The notes: generated from the letters alone by a model not told the origin. Shown: positions 8,612 through 17,891, counted from the first letter of the stretch. The stretch: 54,380 nt of DNA from Kiritimatiellia bacterium (GCA_007134465.1 SLKS01000311.1:1-54380); one strand, 5' to 3'. Made by a program: numbers and translations.

Positions 8612-10144
8612 ATGGCGCGCGCTTCCCAATGGGTTCCCGGCAAATCCCCGCGCGTTCTGGTGGTCACCCCGGAAATCACCTACTTGCCCGAGGGCATGGG
8701 CAACATGGCCAATCGGCTGAAGGCGAAAGCCGGCGGTCTGGCCGACGTCTCCTCCTCGCTTGTGGCGGCCCTGTTCGAGCTGGGCGTGGACGTGCACGTG
8801 ACGCTTCCGCACTATCGCCGCATGTTCAACGTGTATGTGGACGCGTTCATCAGCGAAGAGCTGCGGGTGTACAAAAGCAAGCTGCCGGATCAGCGCATAC
8901 ATCTGGCGGAAGACCGCATTTTCTACTATCGGAGCGAAGTGTACAGCCCGGGCAGCGACGAGAACCAGCGCATTGCGCTCGCCTTTCAGCGGGAAGTGTT
9001 CAACAACATCGTCCCCCGCGTCCGCCCGGACCTGATCCACTGCAACGATTGGATGACAGGGCTCGCGCCCGCCGAAGCCCGTCGCATGAACATCCCCTGC
9101 CTGTTCACGATTCACAACATCCATACGTGCGACATGACGCTGGAGACCATCGAGGGCAGCGGCATTGACGCGGCCGAATTCTGGCTCTATCTCTACTACA
9201 AAAGCTTGCCGGGCAATTACGAGCAGACCCGGTCGAGCGTGCCGGTGGACTTGCTGGCCAGCGGCATTTTCGCATCCCATTACATCAACACGGTGAGTCC
9301 CGCCTTCCTCGACGAGGTCGCGGAAGGCCGACACGACTTCGTGCCCGCGCACATTCGTCAGGAAATTGCCAACAAGCGTAACGCCGGATGCGCAACGGGC
9401 ATTCTCAACGCGCCGGACCCATCGTACAATCCGGTCACGGACGAGCATATACCGGTACGCTACGACGCGACGGACCCCTTGTCTGCCAAGCGTGAAAACA
9501 AGCTGCTCTTGCAACGCAGACTCGGGTTGCTGCCCGATCCGGATGCGCCGCTGTTTTTCTGGCCATCCCGTCTGGATCCGGTGCAGAAAGGGCCTCAGCT
9601 TCTGGCCCATATCCTGTACGACACGCTTTCCTCGTATTGGCAAGACCGTTTGCAAGTGGTGTTCGTGGCGAACGGCGCCTTTCAGAAGTCGTTTCGCGAC
9701 ATCGTGCGTTTTCACGGCCTGTACGACCGTGTGGCCGTTTGCGATTTCGACGAGGGGTTGTCGCGCCACGCCTATGCGGCGTCCGATTTCCTGCTTATGC
9801 CCTCCTTGTTCGAGCCGTGCGGGTTGCCGCAAATGATCAGTTGCCTGTACGGATCGCTTCCGATTGTCAACAATACCGGCGGCTTGCGCGATACGGTGTC
9901 GGATTTGCGTGTCGAGAGCGGGCAAGGCAACGGATTCGTGTTCACGGTGTACGACAGCGCCGGATTGCGCTGGGCCATGGACGAAGCGATGCGTTTCTTC
10001 CGTTTGCCCGAGTCGGTTCGCGCCTATCAGATCGCGCGTATCATGCGCGAGAGTCTGGCCACATTCAATCATGCCGTAACGGCCCAGCGCTATTTCGACA
10101 TTTATGAAAAAATGCTGCAACGACCCTTGGTCAACCCTTTCTGA
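8612..10144 (+). CDS. glgA: glycogen/starch synthase (GT5)
   Basis: MARAS.. start 2 nt after the glgP stop, with GGAG at 8601-8604. KAGGLADV (K-x-G-G-L) motif and the C-terminal ..PS.FEPCGL.Q motif. The track ORF start (8504) lies inside glgP. Confidence 0.88.
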   Translation: MARASQWVPGKSPRVLVVTPEITYLPEGMGNMANRLKAKAGGLADVSSSLVAALFELGVDVHVTLPHYRRMFNVYVDAFISEELRVYKSKLPDQRIHLAEDRIFYYRSEVYSPGSDENQRIALAFQREVFNNIVPRVRPDLIHCNDWMTGLAPAEARRMNIPCLFTIHNIHTCDMTLETIEGSGIDAAEFWLYLYYKSLPGNYEQTRSSVPVDLLASGIFASHYINTVSPAFLDEVAEGRHDFVPAHIRQEIANKRNAGCATGILNAPDPSYNPVTDEHIPVRYDATDPLSAKRENKLLLQRRLGLLPDPDAPLFFWPSRLDPVQKGPQLLAHILYDTLSSYWQDRLQVVFVANGAFQKSFRDIVRFHGLYDRVAVCDFDEGLSRHAYAASDFLLMPSLFEPCGLPQMISCLYGSLPIVNNTGGLRDTVSDLRVESGQGNGFVFTVYDSAGLRWAMDEAMRFFRLPESVRAYQIARIMRESLATFNHAVTAQRYFDIYEKMLQRPLVNPF

Positions 10145-12161
10145 CGATCCTTGGCTCGACCCCTTTCGCGATGCGCTCGCCTTTCGCCGGGAAAGGGCGC
10201 GCCGACTCGCCATTCGGCTGGCGGGCACGGACAACTCCCTGGCCGATTTCGCCAGCGGTCACGAGTTCTTCGGGCTGCACCGGCACGGCGACGATTTGGT
10301 GTTTCGGGAGCGGGCTCCGCATGCGCAGGAGATATTCCTGATCGGCCCCTTTTGCGACTGGGCGCCCGTGAAACCGTTCCAGCTTCGCCCGACCGGCGAA
10401 GGAGACGGCGTATGGGAGACGCGGTTTCCGGCTTCAGCCCTGCCGCACGCATGCCCGTATCGTTTGCTCATGCGTTGGCATGGCGGCGAGGGCGACCGCA
10501 TCCCTTCGCATGCCCGGCGCGTGGTGCAGGATCCGCAGACAGGCATTTTCAACGCGCAGGCATGGATGCCTGCGGCCCCGCATGTCTGGCGTCACGCGCC
10601 GCCAACGAATTCCCGCACGATTCCGCTGGTCTACGAGGCGCATGTCGGCATGGCGCAGGAAACGGAAGGCGTTGGCTCGTACGAGGCGTTTCGCACGCTC
10701 GTTCTTCCGCGCATCGCGGCGGCCGGCTACAACACGCTGCAATTGATGGCGCTCATGGAGCACCCCTACTACGCGTCGTTCGGATACCATGTGTCCAGCT
10801 TTTTCGCCGCTTCCTCGCGGTTCGGAACACCCGACGATTTGAAAGCGCTGATTGACGACGCGCACGGGCTTGGCTTGCGCGTCATCATGGACCTGGTCCA
10901 TTCCCATGCCGTCCGAAACGAAACGGAAGGACTGAGCCGTTTCGACGGAACGGACCATCTCTATTTCCATGCCGGCCCGCGCGGGCTCCATGCGGCATGG
11001 GATTCCCGCTGTTTCGATTACGGAAAAATCGAGACCTTGCATTTTCTGCTCTCCAACTGCCGATTCTGGCTTGACGAGTATCGGGTGGACGGGTTCCGCT
11101 TCGACGGCGTGACCAGCATGCTCTACCATGATCGCGGACTCGGCCGCGCTTTCGACCGGTACGAGCGGTATTTCGACGACAACGTGGACGAGGACGCCTT
11201 GGCCTATCTGACCTTGGCCAACACGCTGATTCACCAGGTGCGTCCCGACGCCCTGACCATCGCGGAAGACGTGAGCGGGATGCCGGGCCTGGCCACGCCT
11301 GTCGAGCAGGGCGGCGCCGGGTTCGACAGCCGTATGGCCATGGGCATTCCCGATTGCTGGTTCAAGCTGATCAAGGATACGCGCGACGAAGATTGGGATA
11401 TCGGCTGGCTCTGGCACGAGCTGACCAATCGGCGACCTGAAGAGCGGACCGTCAGCTATGTTGAATCGCACGATCAGGCGCTGGTCGGCGGAAAAACTGC
11501 CGCCTTCGAGCTGATGGACGCGGCCATGTACCATGCCATGCGCGTGTCCGACACTGATCTGCGCGTCGAGCGGGGCATGGCGTTGCACAAAATGATGCGG
11601 CTGGCCACGTTGGCTTCGTGCAGCGGCGGCTATCTCAATTTCATGGGAAACGAGTTCGGCCATCCTGAATGGGTGGATTTTCCGCGCGAGGGCAACGGCT
11701 GGAGCTATCGCTACGCGCGCCGACAGTGGTCGCTGCGCGACGATCCGTCGCTCAAGTACAGGTTTCTCGGCGATTTCGACCAGGCCATGCTCGCCCTGAT
11801 CCGCGAACGGCCGGCCGCGATCGTCGCCCCGCCCTGCCTTCTGCAGGCGCTCAACGACGACAAGATTCTGATCTTCGCGCGCGGCAACCTGTTCTTTTTT
11901 TTCAATTTCCATCCGGACCGGTCCCGGACCGAGTTCGCCATCGAGGTACCGCCCGGCGTTTATCGTTTGCTTCTCGATACAGACGAGCCCCGCTTCGGCG
12001 GGCCGGCTCGCCTGGCGCCCGGCCAGGTCTTTCGGCCCGCTCCCGAGCGGGACGGACATGCTCTGCGGTCGAGAATCCGCGTCTATTTGCCTTGCCGATG
12101 CGCTCTGGCGCTGGAACGAGAACCGGAAACAGCGCGCGGGCCCGCGCGCGAAAAGACGTAA
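10104..12161 (+). CDS. glgB: 1,4-alpha-glucan branching enzyme, GH13 (resembles the eukaryote/Bacteroidota-type subfamily)
   Basis: 685 aa. DPWLDPF....F..R motif. YEAHVGM, YNT.QLMA.MEH.YY.SFGY.V..FFA.SSR.GTPDDLK.LID.AH..G..V..D.VHSHA. GFRFDGVTSM. Overlaps the glgA 3' end by 41 nt. Confidence 0.85.
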   Translation: MKKCCNDPWSTLSDDPWLDPFRDALAFRRERARRLAIRLAGTDNSLADFASGHEFFGLHRHGDDLVFRERAPHAQEIFLIGPFCDWAPVKPFQLRPTGEGDGVWETRFPASALPHACPYRLLMRWHGGEGDRIPSHARRVVQDPQTGIFNAQAWMPAAPHVWRHAPPTNSRTIPLVYEAHVGMAQETEGVGSYEAFRTLVLPRIAAAGYNTLQLMALMEHPYYASFGYHVSSFFAASSRFGTPDDLKALIDDAHGLGLRVIMDLVHSHAVRNETEGLSRFDGTDHLYFHAGPRGLHAAWDSRCFDYGKIETLHFLLSNCRFWLDEYRVDGFRFDGVTSMLYHDRGLGRAFDRYERYFDDNVDEDALAYLTLANTLIHQVRPDALTIAEDVSGMPGLATPVEQGGAGFDSRMAMGIPDCWFKLIKDTRDEDWDIGWLWHELTNRRPEERTVSYVESHDQALVGGKTAAFELMDAAMYHAMRVSDTDLRVERGMALHKMMRLATLASCSGGYLNFMGNEFGHPEWVDFPREGNGWSYRYARRQWSLRDDPSLKYRFLGDFDQAMLALIRERPAAIVAPPCLLQALNDDKILIFARGNLFFFFNFHPDRSRTEFAIEVPPGVYRLLLDTDEPRFGGPARLAPGQVFRPAPERDGHALRSRIRVYLPCRCALALEREPETARGPAREKT

Positions 12162-12325
12162 CGCCTTGCCGGAACGGATACGCGTGCTCTCGCGAATCGC
12201 TCGGAGCATCGCGCGCCACATCCTTCCGAGCGCGGCGCCTGCCTGTGCCGACACGGCAGACAGGAGGAATCTCGGTCGAGGGCCGTTGTGGCGCAAGCTC
12301 TGACCGCCAGGAAGGAAGCGGAACC

Positions 12326-13342
12326 ATGGGACAATGGATTGTTGGCGATTTGCATGCGCACTCGCGCTGTTGCGAGGACGGAACGCTTCCCGTGGCGGAA
12401 CTGGTCGAACGTTCGCGCGCGTATTGCGACTTTCTGGCCATTTCAGGGCACGCGCGCAACTCCGACAACTGGGGCGAAGCCCAGTATGCCGAAGTGACCG
12501 AGGCGCGAGCGGCGTTTCCAGACATCCCGATCTTTCATACCGGCGAGGTGGAGTTTCCGGTCGAACGCCATGCGATGATGCTGACGCATCCCGGCAATCG
12601 CGAATTCGAGTTGCAACGCGAACTGGTGCGCCGCTTCGATCGCCGCGCCGGCGTGGTCGGCATTGAAGCGGCCGAAGAGGCGTTGCGCTTTGTCGAGGAG
12701 GGATGGGGAGGCGATACGCTCATGGTGTTCAACCATCCGAACGCGCCCGATCTTTCCTACGAGCATGCGGAACGGTTGAGCCGATCGGACTTGTTCAAGG
12801 TCATGGCCTGCATTGACCGAGGCGAGCGCCGAGCCGAACAAATGTGGGCGGTCGGCGGCGACTGGGACCGTCTTCTCGCGAAAGGCCGTCGTCTGTTCGC
12901 GAGGTTCGGATCGGATTTTCACAGGCATTTCAGCGCGGGCGGCCGCGACTACTGGCCGGGCGAATTCGTGCAGGATCATCTCTGGGTGGAACGCGTTGGC
13001 TATCGTGAAATCCTGAATGCCTACCGTAGCGGCGCCTTCTACTGCACGGTGGACAACATGGTTTCCGACCCGGTGTTCGCCGTGTCGGAAAGCGCCGATG
13101 CGGGCAGCATGAATTTGAAGCTGGAATGCACGATCAACCTGCCGGCCGCCTTCATCGAGATCGTTTCCGACGGGCGCGTTGCGCGGCGTTTTTCCGACAT
13201 ACCGGCCGGAGCATGGCGTTTCTCGGACACCCTCCCGCGCGGAACGTACTACCGTGTGCGCGGCGCCGCCGAACCGCGTCCGCGCAAGTACAGCGAGGGA
13301 GACTATCAGCCGGTCTTTCTGCTGAACCCCGTCTTTGCTTAA
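12326..13342 (+). CDS. PHP-domain metallohydrolase (CehA/McbA-like), function unknown
   Basis: 338 aa starting MGQWIVGDLHAHSRCC. It has the GDLHAHS His motif, ISGHA, FNHP and GSDFH motifs, plus a C-terminal beta-rich tail. The upstream part of track ORF 11669..13342 lies out of frame inside glgB and is not coding. GGAAGGAAG SD before ATG 12326. Confidence 0.7.
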   Translation: MGQWIVGDLHAHSRCCEDGTLPVAELVERSRAYCDFLAISGHARNSDNWGEAQYAEVTEARAAFPDIPIFHTGEVEFPVERHAMMLTHPGNREFELQRELVRRFDRRAGVVGIEAAEEALRFVEEGWGGDTLMVFNHPNAPDLSYEHAERLSRSDLFKVMACIDRGERRAEQMWAVGGDWDRLLAKGRRLFARFGSDFHRHFSAGGRDYWPGEFVQDHLWVERVGYREILNAYRSGAFYCTVDNMVSDPVFAVSESADAGSMNLKLECTINLPAAFIEIVSDGRVARRFSDIPAGAWRFSDTLPRGTYYRVRGAAEPRPRKYSEGDYQPVFLLNPVFA

Positions 13343-13354
13343 GGAAGTTGCGCC

Positions 13355-14137
13355 ATGTACCTTGTGAGGCCGATTCATTCGATTGCGTTTTTGGAGGCGC
13401 AGGGACTGGGCGTGGAGGCGCATATCGGACGCTACGATACGCGTCCCGGCTGGGAAAGCTATGTTCCGTTCGTGGGGGGCGTGCATCTGCCCTATGCCGG
13501 CTGCAATCTTGCCTCGTTCGACGCGGACGAGCGCGAGAGATCGCTACGCATCATTCTTAATGGCATCGAGACGGGGCGGCGCTATCCCGTCGACCGCATG
13601 GTTGTGCATACGGCGGCCTTCGAAAGGCAAGGCGACGTCCGCGTGGGCGACTACGAATTGATGATCGGCAGTTTTCGGCGGCTGGCGGATCATGCGGCCG
13701 CTGTCGGGATCATGCTCTGCGTGGAAAACCAGGTGTTGCGCGAACCGGAAAAGCGCAGAATATTCGGGGACAGCGCCGAGGAATGGTTCCGTATTGTCCG
13801 AGATATCGACAGGGAGAATGTGGCTCTTGCGCTGGACACGAGCCATGCGGCCACCAGCGTGGCGGCATATGATCGCGCAGAGGACCGGCGCAATGCGCTG
13901 TTCGAATTCCTCGCGCATTCCGACCGGATCGCGCGCGTTCACTGGTCCGATGCGAGGATCGAGAGGAACGAATCGCGCTTCAACGACATGCACCTGGTTC
14001 CCGGCCAAGGAGATTTGCCGCTGGTTTTCCATCGGGCCGTGCATGCCTTGCCCGCCGTAAAGCTGCTGGAACAGAACTGCACGGAATCCGACGTTCTGGA
14101 TGGACTGCGTTTCATTCGCGGCCTGCACAGCGATTGA
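13355..14137 (+). CDS. sugar phosphate isomerase/epimerase family protein (xylose isomerase-like TIM barrel)
   Basis: 260 aa. HLPY, VVHT, LCVEN, ALDTSHA, HWSD, HLVPGQGDLP and LLEQ: the metal-ligand spacing typical of the AP_endonuc_2 / TIM-barrel family. 12 nt after the PHP gene. Confidence 0.75.
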   Translation: MYLVRPIHSIAFLEAQGLGVEAHIGRYDTRPGWESYVPFVGGVHLPYAGCNLASFDADERERSLRIILNGIETGRRYPVDRMVVHTAAFERQGDVRVGDYELMIGSFRRLADHAAAVGIMLCVENQVLREPEKRRIFGDSAEEWFRIVRDIDRENVALALDTSHAATSVAAYDRAEDRRNALFEFLAHSDRIARVHWSDARIERNESRFNDMHLVPGQGDLPLVFHRAVHALPAVKLLEQNCTESDVLDGLRFIRGLHSD

Positions 14138-14179
14138 ATCTCCAATAATCTTCGGATTGTTCTTGTCAAAGCGGAAGAG

Positions 14180-14419
14180 GATTCGTTAGTGTTTCTTTCG
14201 CTATTCACCACGCAAAAGGACAACGCAATGAAAGGCAACGGCAAGGGCGATTTCCGGCGCGCGGCGCGGGAAACAGAGTCCCACGAAACGGAAGATCCTG
14301 GACCTCAAGCCATGGGCGGTTCGGCGCTAACGCGTTCCGTTCGAGACGCCGTTCGGGTTGGATAACCCTGTTCGGTTCGTCTCCAACGGCGCTGCGCGCC
14401 GTCGCACGGGAGACGAGCC
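14180..14419 (+). promoter_or_regulatory. structured 5' leader of mgtE with an SD-sequestering hairpin (possible Mg-responsive riboswitch or attenuator)
   Basis: TCGTCTCC (14377-84) pairs with GGAGACGA (14409-16), which contains the SD. There is an inner 7-bp stem ACGGCGC/GCGCCGT. Upstream GAGACG (14343-48) competes for the same CGTCTC. CGTTAG (14184-89) and CTAACG (14327-32) could close an aptamer-sized domain. Confidence 0.35.
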
Positions 14420-15799
14420 ATGAAAAATCCACTGCTGGTTCCCGAGTTGCGGGAACTGATCGAAACCAATCAGCACGACGCGCTCCGCGCTTTTTGCGGG
14501 GACATGCATCCCGCAACAGTGGCGGAAATGATCGGGGCGCTCGAGCCGATCGAAGCCTGGCGCGTGTTGCGCCACCTGGAACCCCATCTGCGTTCTGAAA
14601 TCTTCAGCCATCTGGACGAAGACACGCAGGTCGAGGCGCTTTCCATTCTTTCCCGCAGGGACGCCGCGGATATGCTGGCGGACATGCCGCCCGACGATCG
14701 TGCGGACCTGTTCAAGCTGCTGCCCGAGGATCGGCGCGACGACATTCTGCCCGCCTTGGCTCAGGCGGAACGCGAGGACATCCGTCGCCTGACCTCCTAC
14801 GAGGAAGGCACGGCCGGTTCCGTCATGACATCCGACTACGTGATGCTGTCGCAGGACCTGACCGCGCAACAGGCGATCGACCGTCTACGCGAAGTGGCCC
14901 CCGACCGGGAAACCATTTACACAGCCTATATTGTGGACGGAAAACGGCGGCTGCAAGGGTTCGTATCGCTCAAAGATCTTATCGTGGCGCGCCGCGACGC
15001 CCGTGTGGGCGACATCATGCATACCGACGTCATTCATGCGCGTGTTCAGGACGACCAGGAAGACGCCGCGCGCAAGATCCAGAAATACGATTTGCTGGCG
15101 CTGCCGGTTGTGAACGGGGGCGACGCCCTGGTGGGCATCATTACGCACGACGACGCCCTCGACATTATCACCCAGGAACAGACCGAAGACATCGAGAAGC
15201 TCATGGCCATTGGCGGCAGTCACGAGGCGGGGGTATACGTCAAGACTACGGCCTGGGGCCATTTCAAGAACCGTTCGCTTTGGGTGCTGATGCTGGCAGC
15301 CTTCGGCCTGATTTCAGGATTCATCGTGCAACGCTTCGAAGACTTGCTTATGGAATTCACGATTTTGGCCATTTTCATGCCCATGGTGGCGGATACGGGC
15401 GGAAACACGGGAAGTCAATCGGCCACGCTTGTCGTGCGCGCGCTGGCGCTCAAGGAAGTGGCCGCCAAGGATGTCTTCCGCATTCTCTGGAAAGAATTTC
15501 GCGTTTCCCTAATGATGGGAGCGGTCCTGGCATGCGTGGCATTCGGACGCGTTATGCTGTTCAGCAGCGAATCGTCCATGCCGACCGGCGTCGCCGCAAG
15601 CCTCGTGGGAGTGGCGATCGGGCTGGCGCTGGGTTTGCAGGTGGTCACATCCACGCTGATCGGCGTGCTGCTGCCCATGGGCGCGGCGAAACTCAAATTG
15701 GATCCGGCCGTGGTGGCCAGTCCGGCGCTGACGACGTTCGTGGACATTACCGGGCTGCTCATATTCTTCGGAACAGCCCGGATGTTTCTGGGGGTTTAA
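14420..15799 (+). CDS. mgtE: magnesium transporter MgtE
   Basis: 459 aa. MgtE_N domain, two CBS domains, and a TM domain with PMVADTGGN.GSQSAT. Confidence 0.95.
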   Translation: MKNPLLVPELRELIETNQHDALRAFCGDMHPATVAEMIGALEPIEAWRVLRHLEPHLRSEIFSHLDEDTQVEALSILSRRDAADMLADMPPDDRADLFKLLPEDRRDDILPALAQAEREDIRRLTSYEEGTAGSVMTSDYVMLSQDLTAQQAIDRLREVAPDRETIYTAYIVDGKRRLQGFVSLKDLIVARRDARVGDIMHTDVIHARVQDDQEDAARKIQKYDLLALPVVNGGDALVGIITHDDALDIITQEQTEDIEKLMAIGGSHEAGVYVKTTAWGHFKNRSLWVLMLAAFGLISGFIVQRFEDLLMEFTILAIFMPMVADTGGNTGSQSATLVVRALALKEVAAKDVFRILWKEFRVSLMMGAVLACVAFGRVMLFSSESSMPTGVAASLVGVAIGLALGLQVVTSTLIGVLLPMGAAKLKLDPAVVASPALTTFVDITGLLIFFGTARMFLGV

Positions 15800-16212
15800 G
15801 CGGTGTCCTTGGCCTTGTCTTTCGCGTCTTTCTTCTTTTTCCGCTTGTCCGGGATGCCGCCGGCAACCCATTCAAGCAATGCCATTTCGGAACTGTCGCC
15901 CCGTCGCGAGCCGATGCGAACAATGCGGGTATAGCCGCCCGGCCGCCCTTCAAAGGCCGGAACCAGTGTTTCGAACAGTGTACGGACGGAATCCCGGCAT
16001 CCGAGCCGCGCGAAAGCCAATCGTCGGGCGGCCACGGTGTCCTTCCGGGCCAACGTCACCATTTTTTCCGCCGCGCTTCGCACGACCTTGGCCTTCCTGA
16101 CCGTGGTGCGAATGCGACGTTCCTTGATGAGCGCCCTTGTCAGCGAGGCCACAAGCGCCTTGCGATGCGCGCCGCTTCTTCCGAGCTTCTTGTCCAAACA
16201 TTTGTGACGCAT
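15796..16212 (-). CDS. rplQ: 50S ribosomal protein L17
   Basis: MRHKCLDKKLGRSGAHRKALVASLTRALIKERRIRTT..KAK. Lys-rich C-terminal tail. Confidence 0.95.
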   Translation of the reverse strand: MRHKCLDKKLGRSGAHRKALVASLTRALIKERRIRTTVRKAKVVRSAAEKMVTLARKDTVAARRLAFARLGCRDSVRTLFETLVPAFEGRPGGYTRIVRIGSRRGDSSEMALLEWVAGGIPDKRKKKKDAKDKAKDTA

Positions 16213-16228
16213 GATCCCGTTCCCCGTT

Positions 16229-17242
16229 CTACGCTTCCTTTTCCTCGTCGATCAGTTCGGGATCGATCGACATGCCCAGGCTCAGTCCGAACGACACGAG
16301 CTTCTGCTTGATTTCATTCAGGGATTTCTTCCCGAAGTTGCGATATTTGAGCATGTCGGCTTCGGTTTTCTGGGCCAGCTGCCCGACCGTAGTGATGTTG
16401 GCGTTGTTCAGACAATTGGCCGCCCGTACGCTCAATTCGATTTCGTTTACGCTCGTGTTGAGCTTTTTGCGCAAGGATTCCTTTTCGGCATCCACTTTCT
16501 TTTCGGTTTCCTCGAATTCAACAATGTTCTCGTCGTAATTGACAAAGACATCCATGTGCCGACGGTAGATGGCGGCCGACATGGTCAGGGCCTCGTCGGG
16601 CGTCACGCGTCCGTCGGTCCAAATTTCGAGGATCAGTTTGTCGTAATCCACGCGGTGGCCCACCCGCGTGTTTTCGGTAGAAAAATTGACACGGTTGACC
16701 GGAGAAAACTTGGCGTCCACCGGAATGCGACCGATTTCCTGGTTGGTGTCGTCCCCATCCCTTCCTTCGCGACTGGCCAGTTGGAAGCCGCGTCCGATCG
16801 AAACCTCCAGCTTCGCTTCAAGTTTGCCGTCGCTGTCGAGCGTGGCAATGTGAAGGTCCGGATTGAGTATGTCTATGAGTCCGCCCGTCTGAATGTCGCC
16901 AGCCTTGACATCGCACGGACCTTTGACATCGATCCACAGTTCGCACGTTTCCCGGACATAATTCCGAAAAAGGACGCGTTTCAGATTCAGGATAATATCG
17001 GCAACATCCTCGACGACACCGGGCAGGCAGCAAAACTCGTGCTGGGCGCCCTCGATGCGGACGGCTGTAATGGCGGAACCTTCGATGGAAGAGAGCAAAA
17101 CACGCCGCAGAGAATTGCCGATGGTTCGCCCGTAACCTACCTCGAGCGGTTCGACACTGTATTTCCCGTAGGTGTTCGTAGCGGTCGCCTCGTCCTTGAC
17201 GACGCATTTGGGCATTTCGAACCGGTTGATTCTGATTGCCAT
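16229..17242 (-). CDS. rpoA: DNA-directed RNA polymerase subunit alpha
   Basis: MAIRINRFEMPK...VEPLE.GYG.T.GN.LRRVLLSS. Start corrected from the track ORF (17341). Confidence 0.95.
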   Translation of the reverse strand: MAIRINRFEMPKCVVKDEATATNTYGKYSVEPLEVGYGRTIGNSLRRVLLSSIEGSAITAVRIEGAQHEFCCLPGVVEDVADIILNLKRVLFRNYVRETCELWIDVKGPCDVKAGDIQTGGLIDILNPDLHIATLDSDGKLEAKLEVSIGRGFQLASREGRDGDDTNQEIGRIPVDAKFSPVNRVNFSTENTRVGHRVDYDKLILEIWTDGRVTPDEALTMSAAIYRRHMDVFVNYDENIVEFEETEKKVDAEKESLRKKLNTSVNEIELSVRAANCLNNANITTVGQLAQKTEADMLKYRNFGKKSLNEIKQKLVSFGLSLGMSIDPELIDEEKEA

Positions 17243-17261
17243 ATGTTCATATCCTTTCGAG

Positions 17262-17891
17262 CTACTTGGAATACAGTTCAACGATGAGCTGCTCGTCGAC
17301 CATAGCCGCGATTTCGTCCTTGACAGGCATGCGCTCCACACGGCCTTCCAGCTTTTCCTTGTCGCGAGTCAACCACGGCGGAAGGGGAACGTTTTCGGCC
17401 GCCTCCAGGGAAAGACTCGCCTGCGTGCGGCTTCGCGGCCGATTCCGTACGGAAACAACAGCGCCTTCGGGAACGTTCATGGACGGAATATTGGCTTTCC
17501 GCCCATTGACGGCCACATGTTCGTGGGTGACGAACATGCGCGCCGCGCGCCGGGAGGGAGCGAATCCAAGCCGGAACACGATGTTGTCCAGTCGCGTTTC
17601 GAGGATCTGAAGCAACCGTTCGCCTGTTACGCCGCGCGAACGCATGGCCCGCTCGAAGGAGAGCCGGAACTGGCTTTCCTGCAAACCGTACTGGCGTCGC
17701 AATTTCTGCTTTTCCCGAAGCTGAACGCCATAGTCCGACTGTTTTCTCTGGCGACGCGCGCCATGCACGCCCGGCGCCGGACGGTTCCGGCTGATCGCGC
17801 ATTTGGCCATTCCGCATCGCGCTCCCTTCAGGAAAAGCTTCATGCCTTCCCGCCGACACAATTTGCACGCTGGTCCGCTATACCGGCCCAT
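17262..17891 (-). CDS. rpsD: 30S ribosomal protein S4
   Basis: MGRYSGPACKLCRREGMKLFLKG.RC... Confidence 0.95.
   Translation of the reverse strand: MGRYSGPACKLCRREGMKLFLKGARCGMAKCAISRNRPAPGVHGARRQRKQSDYGVQLREKQKLRRQYGLQESQFRLSFERAMRSRGVTGERLLQILETRLDNIVFRLGFAPSRRAARMFVTHEHVAVNGRKANIPSMNVPEGAVVSVRNRPRSRTQASLSLEAAENVPLPPWLTRDKEKLEGRVERMPVKDEIAAMVDEQLIVELYSK

Noticed and set aside
11669-12325. Upstream 219 codons of ORF 11669..13342(+).
   Set aside because: It lies out of frame inside glgB and across the intergenic gap. The PHP-domain homology and the SD begin at 12326.
12162-12325. Hairpin CCTG-TGCCG-aca-CGGCA(GA)CAGG between glgB and the PHP gene, considered as a terminator.
   Set aside because: The stem is bulged and no U-tract follows. 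That is not enough to call a terminator.
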